The position numbers and the translations under genes were made by a program. The notes below the pieces were generated by a model. It saw nothing but the letters and a program-made list of their open reading frames with translations. It had not been told where the DNA came from and made no database searches. A DNA stretch of 57,038 bases, from the NCBI GenBank assembly GCA_002347185.1, contig DDXK01000102.1, positions 1-57,038 of the forward strand, written 5' to 3'. Shown here piece after piece: positions 1 through 9,454 of this stretch (positions are counted from its first letter, which is position 1; each line of letters begins with the position of its first letter). The stretch is from Desulfobulbaceae bacterium UBA2262. Lineage in GTDB: Bacteria; Desulfobacterota; Desulfobulbia; Desulfobulbales; Desulfurivibrionaceae.

Positions 1-238
1 CATCTCACCTCACCCTACTCGATTTCGATCGTCCGGCAGGGGACCATGGGCGGAACCCTGTGGCTGCGCAACCCGTTGATTCTGGTAATCCTGCTTGCAA
101 TGGCGGTGGAACTTGGTAAGCTGCAGCAGCGTTTCGTCGTTGTCCGTGGAGCTGTTGAACAGACGGGGCCCTTCGTGGCCGGAAGGGCTTTAGGCATGGC
201 CTGCCCGGTCGATCGTTTTTGCCAGGAAGGAGAAGAGC

Positions 239-1078
239 ATGGCTTTACAGGGTAAGCTTGGTTTTGTTGGGGGCGGAAGGATGGCGGAGGCCCTGATCAA
301 GGGTGTCATGGCTGCCGGGCTTGTGAAGGTGGAGGATATCATTGCCGCCGATCCCAGCCCGGAGCGCAGGGAGTTACTGCGAAAGGAATTTCGCATCACC
401 GTGACGGAAGACTCCTCACCTGTCTGGGCCGAATGCGATCTGGTGGTCCTGGCCGTCAAGCCCCAGATCCTTGGCACGCTCCTCGAGCGTTATCGGGGGG
501 AGATCAAGCCCCGGCACCTGCTGATCTCCATCGCCGCCGGCATCCCCCTCGCCCTTATGGAAGAATGCCTTGAGGGCAGCGGCTGCCGGGTGATCAGGGT
601 CATGCCGAACACCCCGGCCCTGGTGCTGAAGGGAGCCTCCGTCCTGAGTCCCGGCCGGGGCGTCAGCGACCAGGATCTGGCAACAGCGAAGGCGATTTTT
701 GACGCGGTGGGGAGCAGTGTGGTCCTCGACGAATCTTATCTTGACGCGGTGACCGGCCTGAGCGGCAGCGGTCCGGCCTATGTGTTCACCTTTCTCGAGG
801 CCCTCACCGATGCGGGGGTCAAGGTGGGTCTGCCTCGGCCGGTTGCCGAGTCGCTGGTCCTGCAAACCATGCTCGGCTCGGTGCTCCTCGCCCTGGAGAG
901 TAGGGAGCATCCCGCCTCGCTGCGGGCCATGGTCACCTCCCCTGGCGGCACCACCATTGCAGGCCTGCACGAACTTGAGAAGGGCGCCCTGCGCGCCACT
1001 CTGATGAATTGCGTGGAGGCGGCCACCAACCGCTCCGGCGAGCTGGGCAGGCTGCTTCTTGCCGGCGGCGGGAAATGA
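239..1078 (+). CDS. proC: pyrroline-5-carboxylate reductase
   Basis: 279-aa ORF; N-terminal Rossmann motif GFVGGGRMAEAL and C-terminal SPGGTTIAGL are typical of ProC; AGGAG lies 7 nt upstream of the ATG. Confidence 0.9.
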   Translation: MALQGKLGFVGGGRMAEALIKGVMAAGLVKVEDIIAADPSPERRELLRKEFRITVTEDSSPVWAECDLVVLAVKPQILGTLLERYRGEIKPRHLLISIAAGIPLALMEECLEGSGCRVIRVMPNTPALVLKGASVLSPGRGVSDQDLATAKAIFDAVGSSVVLDESYLDAVTGLSGSGPAYVFTFLEALTDAGVKVGLPRPVAESLVLQTMLGSVLLALESREHPASLRAMVTSPGGTTIAGLHELEKGALRATLMNCVEAATNRSGELGRLLLAGGGK

Positions 1079-1151
1079 ATTCTTTGCATTTTCTCCCCAA
1101 CAAAACGCCGGAGGGCTTTCTTTCTTTTCCGGAGAAGCGGAGCGTACTGCC

Positions 1152-1997
1152 GTGAGGAAGATCAGGAAGGTTGGCATAGTCTGTCGAAAGAATTCTCCGC
1201 CGGCCCAGCGGATGAGCGGAGAGCTGCTCTCCTGGCTGGCAGGCAGGGGGGTCGCGGCCGAGGTCGATGTCATCCGCGCGGGCATGGATTTGCTGATCAT
1301 TCTGGGTGGGGACGGCACGCTGCTCCATGTGGCGGATCAGGCGAGTCAGCTCGCCATTCCGGTGGTGGGGGTGAACTTGGGCGATCTTGGTTTTCTCACC
1401 GAGATCGCCGTCTCCGAACGCTACGAGGTGCTCGATCGCATCCTGAGCGGCCAGGCGATCATCGAGGAGCGGATGATGCTCAAGGTGAGGCTGCGGCGGC
1501 CGGGGGAGGGGGAGGAGGCCTGGCGTTACGCCCTCAACGACGTGGTGGTCAGCAAGGGCAGCAGCGATCAGCTTGTCCAGCTCAGCACCTGGGCCGATCG
1601 CGAGTACATCACAACCTATCGAGCGGATGGGCTGATTTTCTCCACCCCCACCGGTTCGACAGCCTACAATCTCTCGGCGGGCGGGCCCATTGTCAATCCG
1701 GCCCTCCATTCCATCCTGGTTACCCCCATCTGCCCGTTCATGCTGGAAAGCCGGCCGGTGCTTCTTCCGGCCCGGGTCTGTCTCACCACCCGTCTTGCCG
1801 GGCGGGCCAAAGCGGTGCAGGTGATCGTGGATGGCCAGTTTGCCTGGAAAATGGAGGCGGAGGGGGAGCTGGAGGTGCTGGCCTCGGAGAAGAATCTCCT
1901 CCTCATCTCCTCGCCGCAGAAGGATTATTTCGAGATTCTCCGCAGTAAGCTCAACTGGGGTGGGCGCCCGGGCCAGGCGGCCGGGGGCCGGCCCTAG
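1152..1997 (+). CDS. nadK: NAD(+) kinase
   Basis: GGDGTLL and TPTGSTAYNLSAGGPIV motifs. The ORF is open from 1059, but that start overlaps proC by 20 nt, so GTG at 1152 (VRKIRKVGIV...) is preferred; start uncertain. Confidence 0.85.
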   Translation: MRKIRKVGIVCRKNSPPAQRMSGELLSWLAGRGVAAEVDVIRAGMDLLIILGGDGTLLHVADQASQLAIPVVGVNLGDLGFLTEIAVSERYEVLDRILSGQAIIEERMMLKVRLRRPGEGEEAWRYALNDVVVSKGSSDQLVQLSTWADREYITTYRADGLIFSTPTGSTAYNLSAGGPIVNPALHSILVTPICPFMLESRPVLLPARVCLTTRLAGRAKAVQVIVDGQFAWKMEAEGELEVLASEKNLLLISSPQKDYFEILRSKLNWGGRPGQAAGGRP

Positions 1998-2010
1998 GCC
2001 GGCCTGGGGC

Positions 2011-2050
2011 AAAAAAAAGGCGGGCACCCCTGGCAAGGGGCTCCGCCTTT
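2011..2050. terminator. bidirectional intrinsic terminator between convergent nadK and the ytxH-like gene
   Basis: A8 - GGCGGgcaCCCC tggcaa GGGGctCCGCC - TTT; GC-rich stem flanked by an A-run and a T-run. Confidence 0.6.
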
Positions 2051-2074
2051 GGGCAAGGAATGGCTCCCGGCCTT

Positions 2075-2464
2075 TCAGTCGCTTTCGCCAAGCTTCTGGG
2101 AAAGCGCCTCCCGCTCCTCTTCCATGGCGATCTTGCCTGCCTCGATGGCCTCGCTCAACGCCCGTTTCTTCTCGTCGAGGAACTCCTTGCCCTGATTGGC
2201 CAGCTCCGTGCCCCGGCTGATCATTGCCTTTCCCCGTTCAATCATTTCCATGCCCCGTTCCAGAGAGGTTTCCCGGTATTCCTTGAGCTCTTCCGGAAGC
2301 TTGGCAACCCGCTCCTTGAGGTCTGCTCCGTAGCCGGAAAGCAGTTCTCTCGCCTCCGGCCCGGTTTTGGGGGTGGTGAGGAGGGCGATCGCCGCCCCGA
2401 CCACGGTGCCGGCCAAAAAGGACAACACCGCAACGCTGGAATCACTGCAGTTGTCATTGCTCAT
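2075..2464 (-). CDS. YtxH domain-containing protein
   Basis: 129 aa; N-terminal hydrophobic segment AVLSFLAGTVVGAAIALLTTPKTG followed by Lys/Glu-rich helices, the typical YtxH pattern. Confidence 0.7.
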   Translation of the reverse strand: MSNDNCSDSSVAVLSFLAGTVVGAAIALLTTPKTGPEARELLSGYGADLKERVAKLPEELKEYRETSLERGMEMIERGKAMISRGTELANQGKEFLDEKKRALSEAIEAGKIAMEEEREALSQKLGESD

Positions 2465-2479
2465 CTGTGGGGTACCTCC

Positions 2480-2908
2480 TTAGGGGTTTTTCCATACTTT
2501 GCCGAGAATATGGGTAAAGGTGCGGACTCCGGCGCTGACGCCACCCATATTGCTTATCAATGGTCTTGCTATCTGCTTGAGGGTATTGCTGGTGGCAAGC
2601 AGGGTGTCGGCGGATTTCTGCACCGTTCGCAGTATGGTGTCGGTGCGCTCGACCTTGTCGTTGAGGGTGAGGGTGAGGATCTGCAGCTCCTTGCCTGCCT
2701 CGGTGAGTGACTTGCAGAGGGGATCGACATGCCGGTTGAGTGACTGAATGAGCAGCTCGACCTCCGCGAGGGAGCGTCTGAGCTGGAGAATGGCCGGGAT
2801 GACCGCCATGGCAATGGCGAACAGACTGAGCGCGCCGAGTAATGTCAGTATTTCCGTTAAGGTCACGGTTTCTTCCCCCTTGTCCAGGAAAATAGGAGTG
2901 AATTCCAA
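2480..2908 (-). CDS. DUF948-like membrane-anchored coiled-coil protein
   Basis: 142 aa; single TM (LTLLGALSLFAIAMAVIPAIL) then helical repeats; commonly paired with YtxH genes. Confidence 0.55.
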   Translation of the reverse strand: MEFTPIFLDKGEETVTLTEILTLLGALSLFAIAMAVIPAILQLRRSLAEVELLIQSLNRHVDPLCKSLTEAGKELQILTLTLNDKVERTDTILRTVQKSADTLLATSNTLKQIARPLISNMGGVSAGVRTFTHILGKVWKNP

Positions 2909-2990
2909 TAATTCATAATAAAGATCTCGGCTGGGCGCCGCAAGCGGAAAAGGAAAGGGCTGCGCCCCGCTTATCTTTCGGGCGTGCCGA

Positions 2991-4376
2991 CTACCGTTTG
3001 AAGAGGCCGTGTTTTTTCATTTTGTATTGCAGGAGGCTTTTGGTGATCCCCAGGGCCTCGGCGGCCTTGGTCTGCACATTGTCCGCTCTTTCCAGGGCGG
3101 TGAGCACCATCTTTTTTTCAATCCCATCGAGAACGTCGGGCAGGGGGGTGTTGGCCGGGATGGCCTGCTCCACGTCGAAACCGTCAAGCCATTGCATGCC
3201 GTCCTTGTCGCTCACCCTGTCGGGCTGAACATCCTCCGGCAGGATCAGGTTGCCGGAGCAGAGGATGGCGGCCCGTTCGATGGTGTTTTCCAGCTCGCGG
3301 ATATTTCCCTCCCAGGGCAGGGTGGTGAGGAAGCGGACGGTTTCCGGCGCGATCTCCAGCTTTGGCTTGTTGAGCTCCCTGGAGAATTTGCCGACGAAAT
3401 GGGCGGCAAGCATGGGGATGTCGTCCGCCCGTTCCCGCAGGGGGGGGAGATGGATATGGAGGACGTTGAGCCGGTAGTAGAGATCCTCCCGGAAATTGCC
3501 CCGATCCACCTCTTCCCTGATATCCTTGTTTGTGGCGGCGATGATCCGCACATCGACATGCAGGGTCTGGTTGCCGCCCACCCTTTCGAAGGAGCGTTCC
3601 TGGAGCACCCGCAGGAGCTTTGCCTGCAGCGGCATGGCCATTTCGGCGACCTCGTCGAGGAAGATGCTGCCGGTGTCCGCCAGTTCAAAACGGCCCTTGC
3701 GCAGGGCGATGGCGCCGGTAAAGGCGCCTTTTTCGTGGCCGAAGAGTTCGCTCTCCAGGAGGTTTTCAGGCAGCCCCGCGCAGTTGATGGAAATGAAGGG
3801 GGCCTTTTCCCTGGGGCTGTTGAAATGGATGGCCCTGGCCACCAGTTCCTTGCCGGTGCCGGATTCTCCGGTAATCAAAACAGAGGTCGAGGTGGGGGAG
3901 ACCTTCTCGATCAGGTTGTAGATGCTCTGCATCTTCTTGCTTCTGCCGACCATGTTGGCAAAGGAGGCCCGGTGGCGCATCTCCTCGCGCAGCCTGCTGT
4001 TTTCGCGCAAGACCGAGTAGTGTTCTATGGCCTTCCTGGCGTTCAGGACCAGTTCGTCGTTGTTGAAAGGCTTGGTCAGATAGTTGTAGGCGCCGGCCTT
4101 CATGGCGGCCACCGCCTTCTCAACCTCCCCGAAGGCAGTGACCATGATGACGGGCAGGTCAGGGTTGCTGGTCTTGACCGCCTTGAGCAGGCCCAGGCCA
4201 TCGAGGCCAGGCATGCGCATGTCGGTGATGATCAGATCGAGGTCCGTTTCCGCGACGGTCTTCAGCGCCTCCTCGCCATTGCCGGCGGTGAAGATTTCAT
4301 ACCCTTCCTCGCGCAGCAGTTCGGAAAGGACGATCTGGTAGTTGGGCTCGTCATCGACAATCAATACGGTATGCAT
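2991..4376 (-). CDS. sigma-54-dependent response regulator (NtrC family: REC + AAA+ + Fis-type HTH)
   Basis: REC (MHTVLIVDDEP...DLIITDMRMPG), Walker A GESGTGKE, GAFTGA loop and a C-terminal HTH. The ORF is open to 4460, but ATG at 4376 gives the canonical N-terminus. Confidence 0.9.
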   Translation of the reverse strand: MHTVLIVDDEPNYQIVLSELLREEGYEIFTAGNGEEALKTVAETDLDLIITDMRMPGLDGLGLLKAVKTSNPDLPVIMVTAFGEVEKAVAAMKAGAYNYLTKPFNNDELVLNARKAIEHYSVLRENSRLREEMRHRASFANMVGRSKKMQSIYNLIEKVSPTSTSVLITGESGTGKELVARAIHFNSPREKAPFISINCAGLPENLLESELFGHEKGAFTGAIALRKGRFELADTGSIFLDEVAEMAMPLQAKLLRVLQERSFERVGGNQTLHVDVRIIAATNKDIREEVDRGNFREDLYYRLNVLHIHLPPLRERADDIPMLAAHFVGKFSRELNKPKLEIAPETVRFLTTLPWEGNIRELENTIERAAILCSGNLILPEDVQPDRVSDKDGMQWLDGFDVEQAIPANTPLPDVLDGIEKKMVLTALERADNVQTKAAEALGITKSLLQYKMKKHGLFKR

Positions 4377-4456
4377 GGGGCGGCAGCCTTGGAGCGGGTA
4401 AGGATTTCTTCGGGGAAAGACCCGAGGAGTGGGAAGGCGGGAGTTCGTGCCGTTCG

Positions 4457-6745
4457 TCAATCGCTTTCGGCAATCTTCTTCACATCGGCGATGAGGATGA
4501 CGTCCTCATTGCCCATGATGGTGTAGCCGGAAATCCCCTCGACCTGGCGGAGTTTTTTGTAGCCTTCGCCAAAACCCTTCGCGACGATCTTCTGGTGCGA
4601 AAGGATGTTGTCGACCATCAACCCCACGCCATGCTCCTTGCAGACAACGATGACTTTCTGGGCCACCTCGGTGATCGTTGAGGACGCCGAGGGATAAAAG
4701 AAGGTGTTGAGCTCAACAAGACGCAGGATCGCGTCATCATATGCGATACAGTTGCTTTTCGCAAGCAGCGGGATGATGTTTTCCGTCTCCAGCACCGTGG
4801 TGATGTCGTCGGAGGGAATGGCATAGGTCTCGCTCCCCCCCTTGACAATCATTGCGTCCATGGTGACCAGGGTCTTGGTAAGCGGGATGGTGAAGGAGAC
4901 GGTGGTTCCCTGGCCGGAGACCGAATCGAGCTGTATTCTGCCGTTGCATTCCTTGAGGCCGGAGAGCACCACATCCATGCCCACTCCGCGTCCGGAAACA
5001 TCGCTGATCTTTTCCGCCGAACTGAAGCCGGGCCTGAAGATGAGATTGATCAGGTCCCGATCGCTGAGCAGAGCGAGCTCCTCCTCGCTCAGGAAGGATT
5101 TCCGTCGGGCTACTTCCTTCATTTTTGCCGGATCGATGCCCTTGCCGTCATCGGCAATGGTGATGTAGACATTGTTTTCATCGGCCCGGGCCGCCAGGGT
5201 CAGGTTGCCCTGTTCCGGTTTTCCCGCCTTTCTGCGCGTGGACGGCGTCTCGATCCCGTGATCGAGGGAGTTGCGCAGGATGTGGACCAGGGGGTTTTCG
5301 ATCTTTTCGAGCAGATCCTTGTCGATGACCGTTTCCTCGCCCTCGATGGTGAATTTGACGTTTTTTTCCAGGGAGTTGGCGAGTTGCCGCACCACCTTGG
5401 GGAACCTCTGGAAGAGCGATTTCACCGGCACCCGCCGGATGCGCATGATATTGGTGTGCAGCTCTTCGAGTTGTTCGTCGAGGGAGTGGATGGTGGAGTC
5501 GAAGCGGGCAATGAGATTGAAATCCACATTGTGGCTTTCGAGCTGTTTCTTGAGGAAATTGAGCGAGTCGAGATTGATGTAGAGCCCACCCACCGAATTG
5601 GCGAAAGTGTCGAGCTTGGCCTGGTCGATGCGGATGGTTTTTGCCTGCTCCAGCCCCTTGCCTTCCTTGAGGTGCGCTTCCAGAGCGCGCTTGTTCTGGA
5701 TCTCCAGGGCTTTTTTCAGATCGGTTTCCTGGATGGTGCCCTGTTCGAGGAGCAGTTCGCCGATCTTCTTCTGTTTTTCAAGCACCGAGGCGATCTGATC
5801 CTCGGAGACAAGCTTCTGTTCCACCAGGATTTCGCCGAGCCGGGCGCTGCCGCCCCTGGGCTTAGCCTCGAAAGCGCCGATGACCGCATTGAGCAGCTTC
5901 CTGCAGATGCCGTTGTACTCGTCGCTGGCCACCATCAGGGCATCGTCGAGGAAGTTGCGCATCGACTCCAGTTCTTCAAGCTCTTTCGCAATCTTTTTGT
6001 TGCCCGAAAGCGCGGCGGCCACTTCGTCGTAAGCCTTGGCGAAGGAGAGGAGCTGCTCCTGGCTCAGCGCCCTTTTCTCCTGCAGTGCCTGGATGGCCAT
6101 GCCGAATTGGCCGATCTGGACACTGAAATCCTCCTTGCCGAGGAGGTAGCTGCACTCGGTCGAATAGGCGCTGGCGATCTCCTGGTCGCATTTGGCTGCC
6201 ACCAGCTTCTTGAGCTCGATGTTGGCTTTTTCGATCTGGTCGAGTAGCCCAGGGATCAGGGAGTGGCGATGGATGTTTTCGCCGAGGTCGATGAGGGAGT
6301 TGAGCAGGCCTTCGAAGGTGATCACGCTCTGGAGTGAGCCGGTGGCCACCGTTGGCTGCACCGCCTCGACCCGGGCGAGGAACTCCTTCTCATCCGGCCG
6401 AAAGGCGACATCCTGTGGGTTTTCCTGGGCCCGGTCCAGCATGCTCTGGAGATATTCGACGCCACTGAGGAGGATGTCGATGATCTCGCGGTTGACGGCA
6501 ATCTGGTTCTTGCGGCAGGCATCGAGAAGGTTTTCCAGCCGGTGGGAAAACTTGTTGATGTTGGTCAGGCCGAAAAAGCCGGAATTGCCCTTCAGGCTGT
6601 GGACCGGCCGGAAGATTTTGTTGATGATGTCGATATTGCCCGGTTCGTTTTCAAGGGCAATGAAGTCCGCCTCGATTCCCTGCAGGGAATCGTTGGACTC
6701 GTCAATAAAACCGCGGAGGGCGTCAAGATCGTTCTCTTCGGCCAT
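4457..6745 (-). CDS. cheA: CheA-like chemosensory histidine kinase (Hpt - long linker - HATPase - CheW-like)
   Basis: 762 aa; Hpt motif FRPVHSLKGNSGFFG, HATPase boxes (HILRNSLDHGIE, DDGKGID, GRGVGMDVV) and a C-terminal CheW-like domain. Confidence 0.85.
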   Translation of the reverse strand: MAEENDLDALRGFIDESNDSLQGIEADFIALENEPGNIDIINKIFRPVHSLKGNSGFFGLTNINKFSHRLENLLDACRKNQIAVNREIIDILLSGVEYLQSMLDRAQENPQDVAFRPDEKEFLARVEAVQPTVATGSLQSVITFEGLLNSLIDLGENIHRHSLIPGLLDQIEKANIELKKLVAAKCDQEIASAYSTECSYLLGKEDFSVQIGQFGMAIQALQEKRALSQEQLLSFAKAYDEVAAALSGNKKIAKELEELESMRNFLDDALMVASDEYNGICRKLLNAVIGAFEAKPRGGSARLGEILVEQKLVSEDQIASVLEKQKKIGELLLEQGTIQETDLKKALEIQNKRALEAHLKEGKGLEQAKTIRIDQAKLDTFANSVGGLYINLDSLNFLKKQLESHNVDFNLIARFDSTIHSLDEQLEELHTNIMRIRRVPVKSLFQRFPKVVRQLANSLEKNVKFTIEGEETVIDKDLLEKIENPLVHILRNSLDHGIETPSTRRKAGKPEQGNLTLAARADENNVYITIADDGKGIDPAKMKEVARRKSFLSEEELALLSDRDLINLIFRPGFSSAEKISDVSGRGVGMDVVLSGLKECNGRIQLDSVSGQGTTVSFTIPLTKTLVTMDAMIVKGGSETYAIPSDDITTVLETENIIPLLAKSNCIAYDDAILRLVELNTFFYPSASSTITEVAQKVIVVCKEHGVGLMVDNILSHQKIVAKGFGEGYKKLRQVEGISGYTIMGNEDVILIADVKKIAESD

Positions 6746-6746
6746 C

Positions 6747-7169
6747 TCAGTTTCCTTTCTCGCTGGCCAGCATTTTCAAAATCTCATTGATCCGGTTCAA
6801 CTTCCTGGCCGCGGCATCGACAGCGGCAAGGATCTCCCCCATGTCCTTGAAGGGCTTGAAGAAGATGTCGTTGGCCCCGTACCTGAAGGCGTTGAGCGTG
6901 TTGTTGATGGTGATGTAGCCGGTGATCATGATCACCTGGATGGTGCCGTTGTAGTTTTTGATCTTCCGGAGGAGAGAGAGGCCGTCGAGCTCCGGCATCA
7001 TGATGTCGCTGATCACGATGTCGAAATGTTCATCCTCGATCATGCTGTAGGCCTTGAGCGAGTCGTCGCAGGTCTTTACCTCGTAGGGGGTTCCCGCGAA
7101 GGCCCTGGCCAGGGTTTTCAATATGCTTGACGAGTCGTCGACGATGAGGAGCTTGTATTTGCGTGCCAT
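6747..7169 (-). CDS. single-domain response regulator (CheY-like)
   Basis: 140 aa; LLIVDDS...DIVISDIMMPELDG...KP receiver signature; lies directly upstream of the cheA-like gene. Confidence 0.85.
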   Translation of the reverse strand: MARKYKLLIVDDSSSILKTLARAFAGTPYEVKTCDDSLKAYSMIEDEHFDIVISDIMMPELDGLSLLRKIKNYNGTIQVIMITGYITINNTLNAFRYGANDIFFKPFKDMGEILAAVDAAARKLNRINEILKMLASEKGN

Positions 7170-7313
7170 GGAATCGAAAATCCTTCATCAGAATGAGGCG
7201 GTTGGAAGAGCTGTCGGGGTCTGTCTCCTGGGTGTTTTTGGCAGGGAGCAATGGGCTGACAGCAGTATGATATGTTTTTTCCTTCCGGGCGGGCAAGAAA
7301 AAAAGGCGGGTGG

Positions 7314-8171
7314 TCACTGTCCTTTCTGGAGGGCAAGGCGTTGGCTGATCGCCAGCCACACCTCCTGCGGGACGCGGATGGTTTTGGCGCTGCCCCCGAG
7401 GGGGGCGGCGGAATGGTTGTCGCCATGGAAGTCAGTACCTCCGCTGGCGAGCAGCCCCTCCTCCCGGGCCAGGGTCAGCAGGGCGCGGCAGACTTTGCTG
7501 GAATGGGTCGGGTAGTAGGCTTCCAGCCCGTCCAGGCCGTAGCCTTTGAGGCGCGCCACCAGGGCGGGGATCTGCTCCAGGCCCGGGTCCAGGCAGGCCG
7601 GATGGGCGAGCACGGCCAGGCCGCGCGCCCGATGGATCTCGGCGATGACCTCCTCGGCCGGGGGGCGTTCGTGCTCGACAAAGGCCGGGCCACCCCGTTT
7701 GAGGTAGCAGGTGAAGGCATCGGCCGGGCACCGGCAGATCCCTTTTTTCACCAGCAGCCGGGCGAAGTGCGGCCGGCCGATCTGGTCGCCCGCCTGGGAG
7801 AGAAGCTCGCTTTCCTCAATGGGAATGCCCAGCTGGCAAAAACGCTCCCGCATTTCCTGGTTGCGCCGCTCCCTGGCTTTCTGCAGCTTTTGCACAAAGG
7901 CAAGAAAAACAGGATGTTCATACTGGATGCCATAGCCCAGAATATGCAGGGAGGTGTTGTCGAGTCGGCTGCTCACCTCGATGCCTGGAAGCACCTGCAC
8001 TCCTTTTTCCGCTCCCCTGGCCGCCGCAGCCGCCACTCCGGCAACCGTGTCGTGATCGGTGAGGGAGATCGCCAGCAGATGCCGGCGGGCGGCAAGGTCG
8101 ACAAGGGCGGTGGGCGTGAGGATGCCGTCGGAACAGCTGGAGTGGGTATGGAGGTCGATATGGCGGGTCAT
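7314..8171 (-). CDS. PHP-domain metal-dependent phosphoesterase (TrpH/YciV-like)
   Basis: 285 aa; N-terminal IDLHTHSSCSDG and LTDHDT motifs. Confidence 0.8.
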   Translation of the reverse strand: MTRHIDLHTHSSCSDGILTPTALVDLAARRHLLAISLTDHDTVAGVAAAAARGAEKGVQVLPGIEVSSRLDNTSLHILGYGIQYEHPVFLAFVQKLQKARERRNQEMRERFCQLGIPIEESELLSQAGDQIGRPHFARLLVKKGICRCPADAFTCYLKRGGPAFVEHERPPAEEVIAEIHRARGLAVLAHPACLDPGLEQIPALVARLKGYGLDGLEAYYPTHSSKVCRALLTLAREEGLLASGGTDFHGDNHSAAPLGGSAKTIRVPQEVWLAISQRLALQKGQ

Positions 8172-8371
8172 TGACTCGTGAGCTGGTAACTGGCTGAATT
8201 TAATTTGAAAAAAATAGATTTGTCCTGCAGGGGCAAGCTTTTTTTATCTGGAATAGCCTGCACTGTTTCGGTATAGTAACATCACTGCACGAGAAATGCT
8301 GTATGGTTTCCTGCTCTTTTCCCGTGGCTGGCGATTTTCCTTATGCCGTTTTCCTGGAGGGCTTTTGAGCT

Positions 8372-9454
8372 ATGGCGCAGATTGATGCTTTTTTCAAACT
8401 GATGAATGAACAGGGGGCCTCCGACCTGCACATGGTCTCCGGCCAGCAGCCCATCCTGCGCATCCGCGGCGAGATGGAGCGGGTCAAGTACAAGGTGCTT
8501 GAAAATGATGATCTGAAGGCCATGCTCTATGAGATCGTTTCCGAGGAAAAGGTCAAGATCTTCGAGGAAACCGGGGACGTGGACTTCGGTTACGAGATTC
8601 CTGGCCTTGCCCGCTACCGCGGCAACCTTTTCATGCAGAAATACGGGATCGGCGCCGTTTTCCGCGAGATTCCCAGCAACATCCTCAGTTGCGAGCAGCT
8701 GGGACTCCCCTCGGTGGTCTCCAAGCTCGCCACCCTGCCCAAGGGGATGGTGCTGGTGACCGGGCCGACGGGCAGCGGCAAGTCGACGACCCTGGCCGCC
8801 ATCGTCGATCAGGCCAACAAGGTGCGCAAGGACCATATCCTCACCATCGAGGACCCCATCGAGTTTGTCCACAAGAGCCAGAACTGCATCGTCAACCATC
8901 GCGAGGTCGGCCTGCACACCAAGAGTTTTTCCGCCGCCCTGCGCGGTGCCCTCCGTGAGGATCCGGACATCATTCTGGTCGGCGAAATGCGCGACCTCGA
9001 AACCATTGCCCTGGCCATGGAGGCGGCCATGACCGGCCATCTGGTTTTCGGAACCCTGCACACCCTGAACGCCAACAAGACCGTGGACCGTATCATCGAA
9101 ATTTTTCCTTCCAGCCAGCAGGCCCAGGTGCGTTCAACCCTGGCCGACGCCCTGAAGGCGGTGGTTTCGCAAACCCTCTTCAAGCGGGTAGATATCAAAG
9201 GCCGCTGCGCCGCTCTGGAGATCCTCATCTGTACTCCGGCGGTGCGCAACCTCATCCGGGAAGGCAAGACCTACCAGATTCCTTCCGCCATGCAGACCGG
9301 CAAGAAGTTCGGCATGCAGACCCTGGACGACGCCATCATGGAGCTCCTGAAAAAAGGCTGGATTTCCGGGGAGTCCGCCTACATCAACTGCATCGAAAAG
9401 GCCAAGTTCGTGCCCTTCCTGAAAAAGCCGCCCACCGATTTCACCGATATTTAG
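8372..9454 (+). CDS. pilT: type IV pilus twitching-motility ATPase PilT
   Basis: 360 aa; Walker A GPTGSGKSTT, Asp box, EDPIEF, GHLVFGTLHT and the AIRNLIREGK-type motif. Confidence 0.9.
   Translation: MAQIDAFFKLMNEQGASDLHMVSGQQPILRIRGEMERVKYKVLENDDLKAMLYEIVSEEKVKIFEETGDVDFGYEIPGLARYRGNLFMQKYGIGAVFREIPSNILSCEQLGLPSVVSKLATLPKGMVLVTGPTGSGKSTTLAAIVDQANKVRKDHILTIEDPIEFVHKSQNCIVNHREVGLHTKSFSAALRGALREDPDIILVGEMRDLETIALAMEAAMTGHLVFGTLHTLNANKTVDRIIEIFPSSQQAQVRSTLADALKAVVSQTLFKRVDIKGRCAALEILICTPAVRNLIREGKTYQIPSAMQTGKKFGMQTLDDAIMELLKKGWISGESAYINCIEKAKFVPFLKKPPTDFTDI

Noticed and set aside
1-255. Open frame from the window edge (…MGGTLWLRNPLILVILLAMAVELGK…FTG*) overlapping the proC start.
   Set aside because: No recognisable family, moderate codon bias only, and it overlaps proC and its RBS. 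It could be the 3' end of an upstream gene, but I cannot support a call.
3009-4526. Long antisense ORFs throughout the window. Examples: 3009..4526 +, 5258..6247 +, 9604..10962 +, 12013..13446 +, 13596..14981 -, 19237..20571 +, 28535..30175 +, 30755..31990 +, 32109..33824 +, 37183..38670 +, 49118..50917 +, 53911..55404 +.
   Set aside because: They are mirror frames of well-supported genes in GC-rich DNA. Their translations are Gly/Arg/Ala/Pro-rich low-complexity sequence with no recognisable motifs, and each overlaps almost completely a CDS with clear family signatures.
7230-7262. Sigma-54 promoter-like TGGCAG...GCAATG upstream of the REC/CheA operon, and TGGAAT-N4-TGCA upstream of pilT (about 8250).
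   Set aside because: The spacing between the GG and GC elements does not fit the TGGCAC-N5-TTGC consensus in either case.
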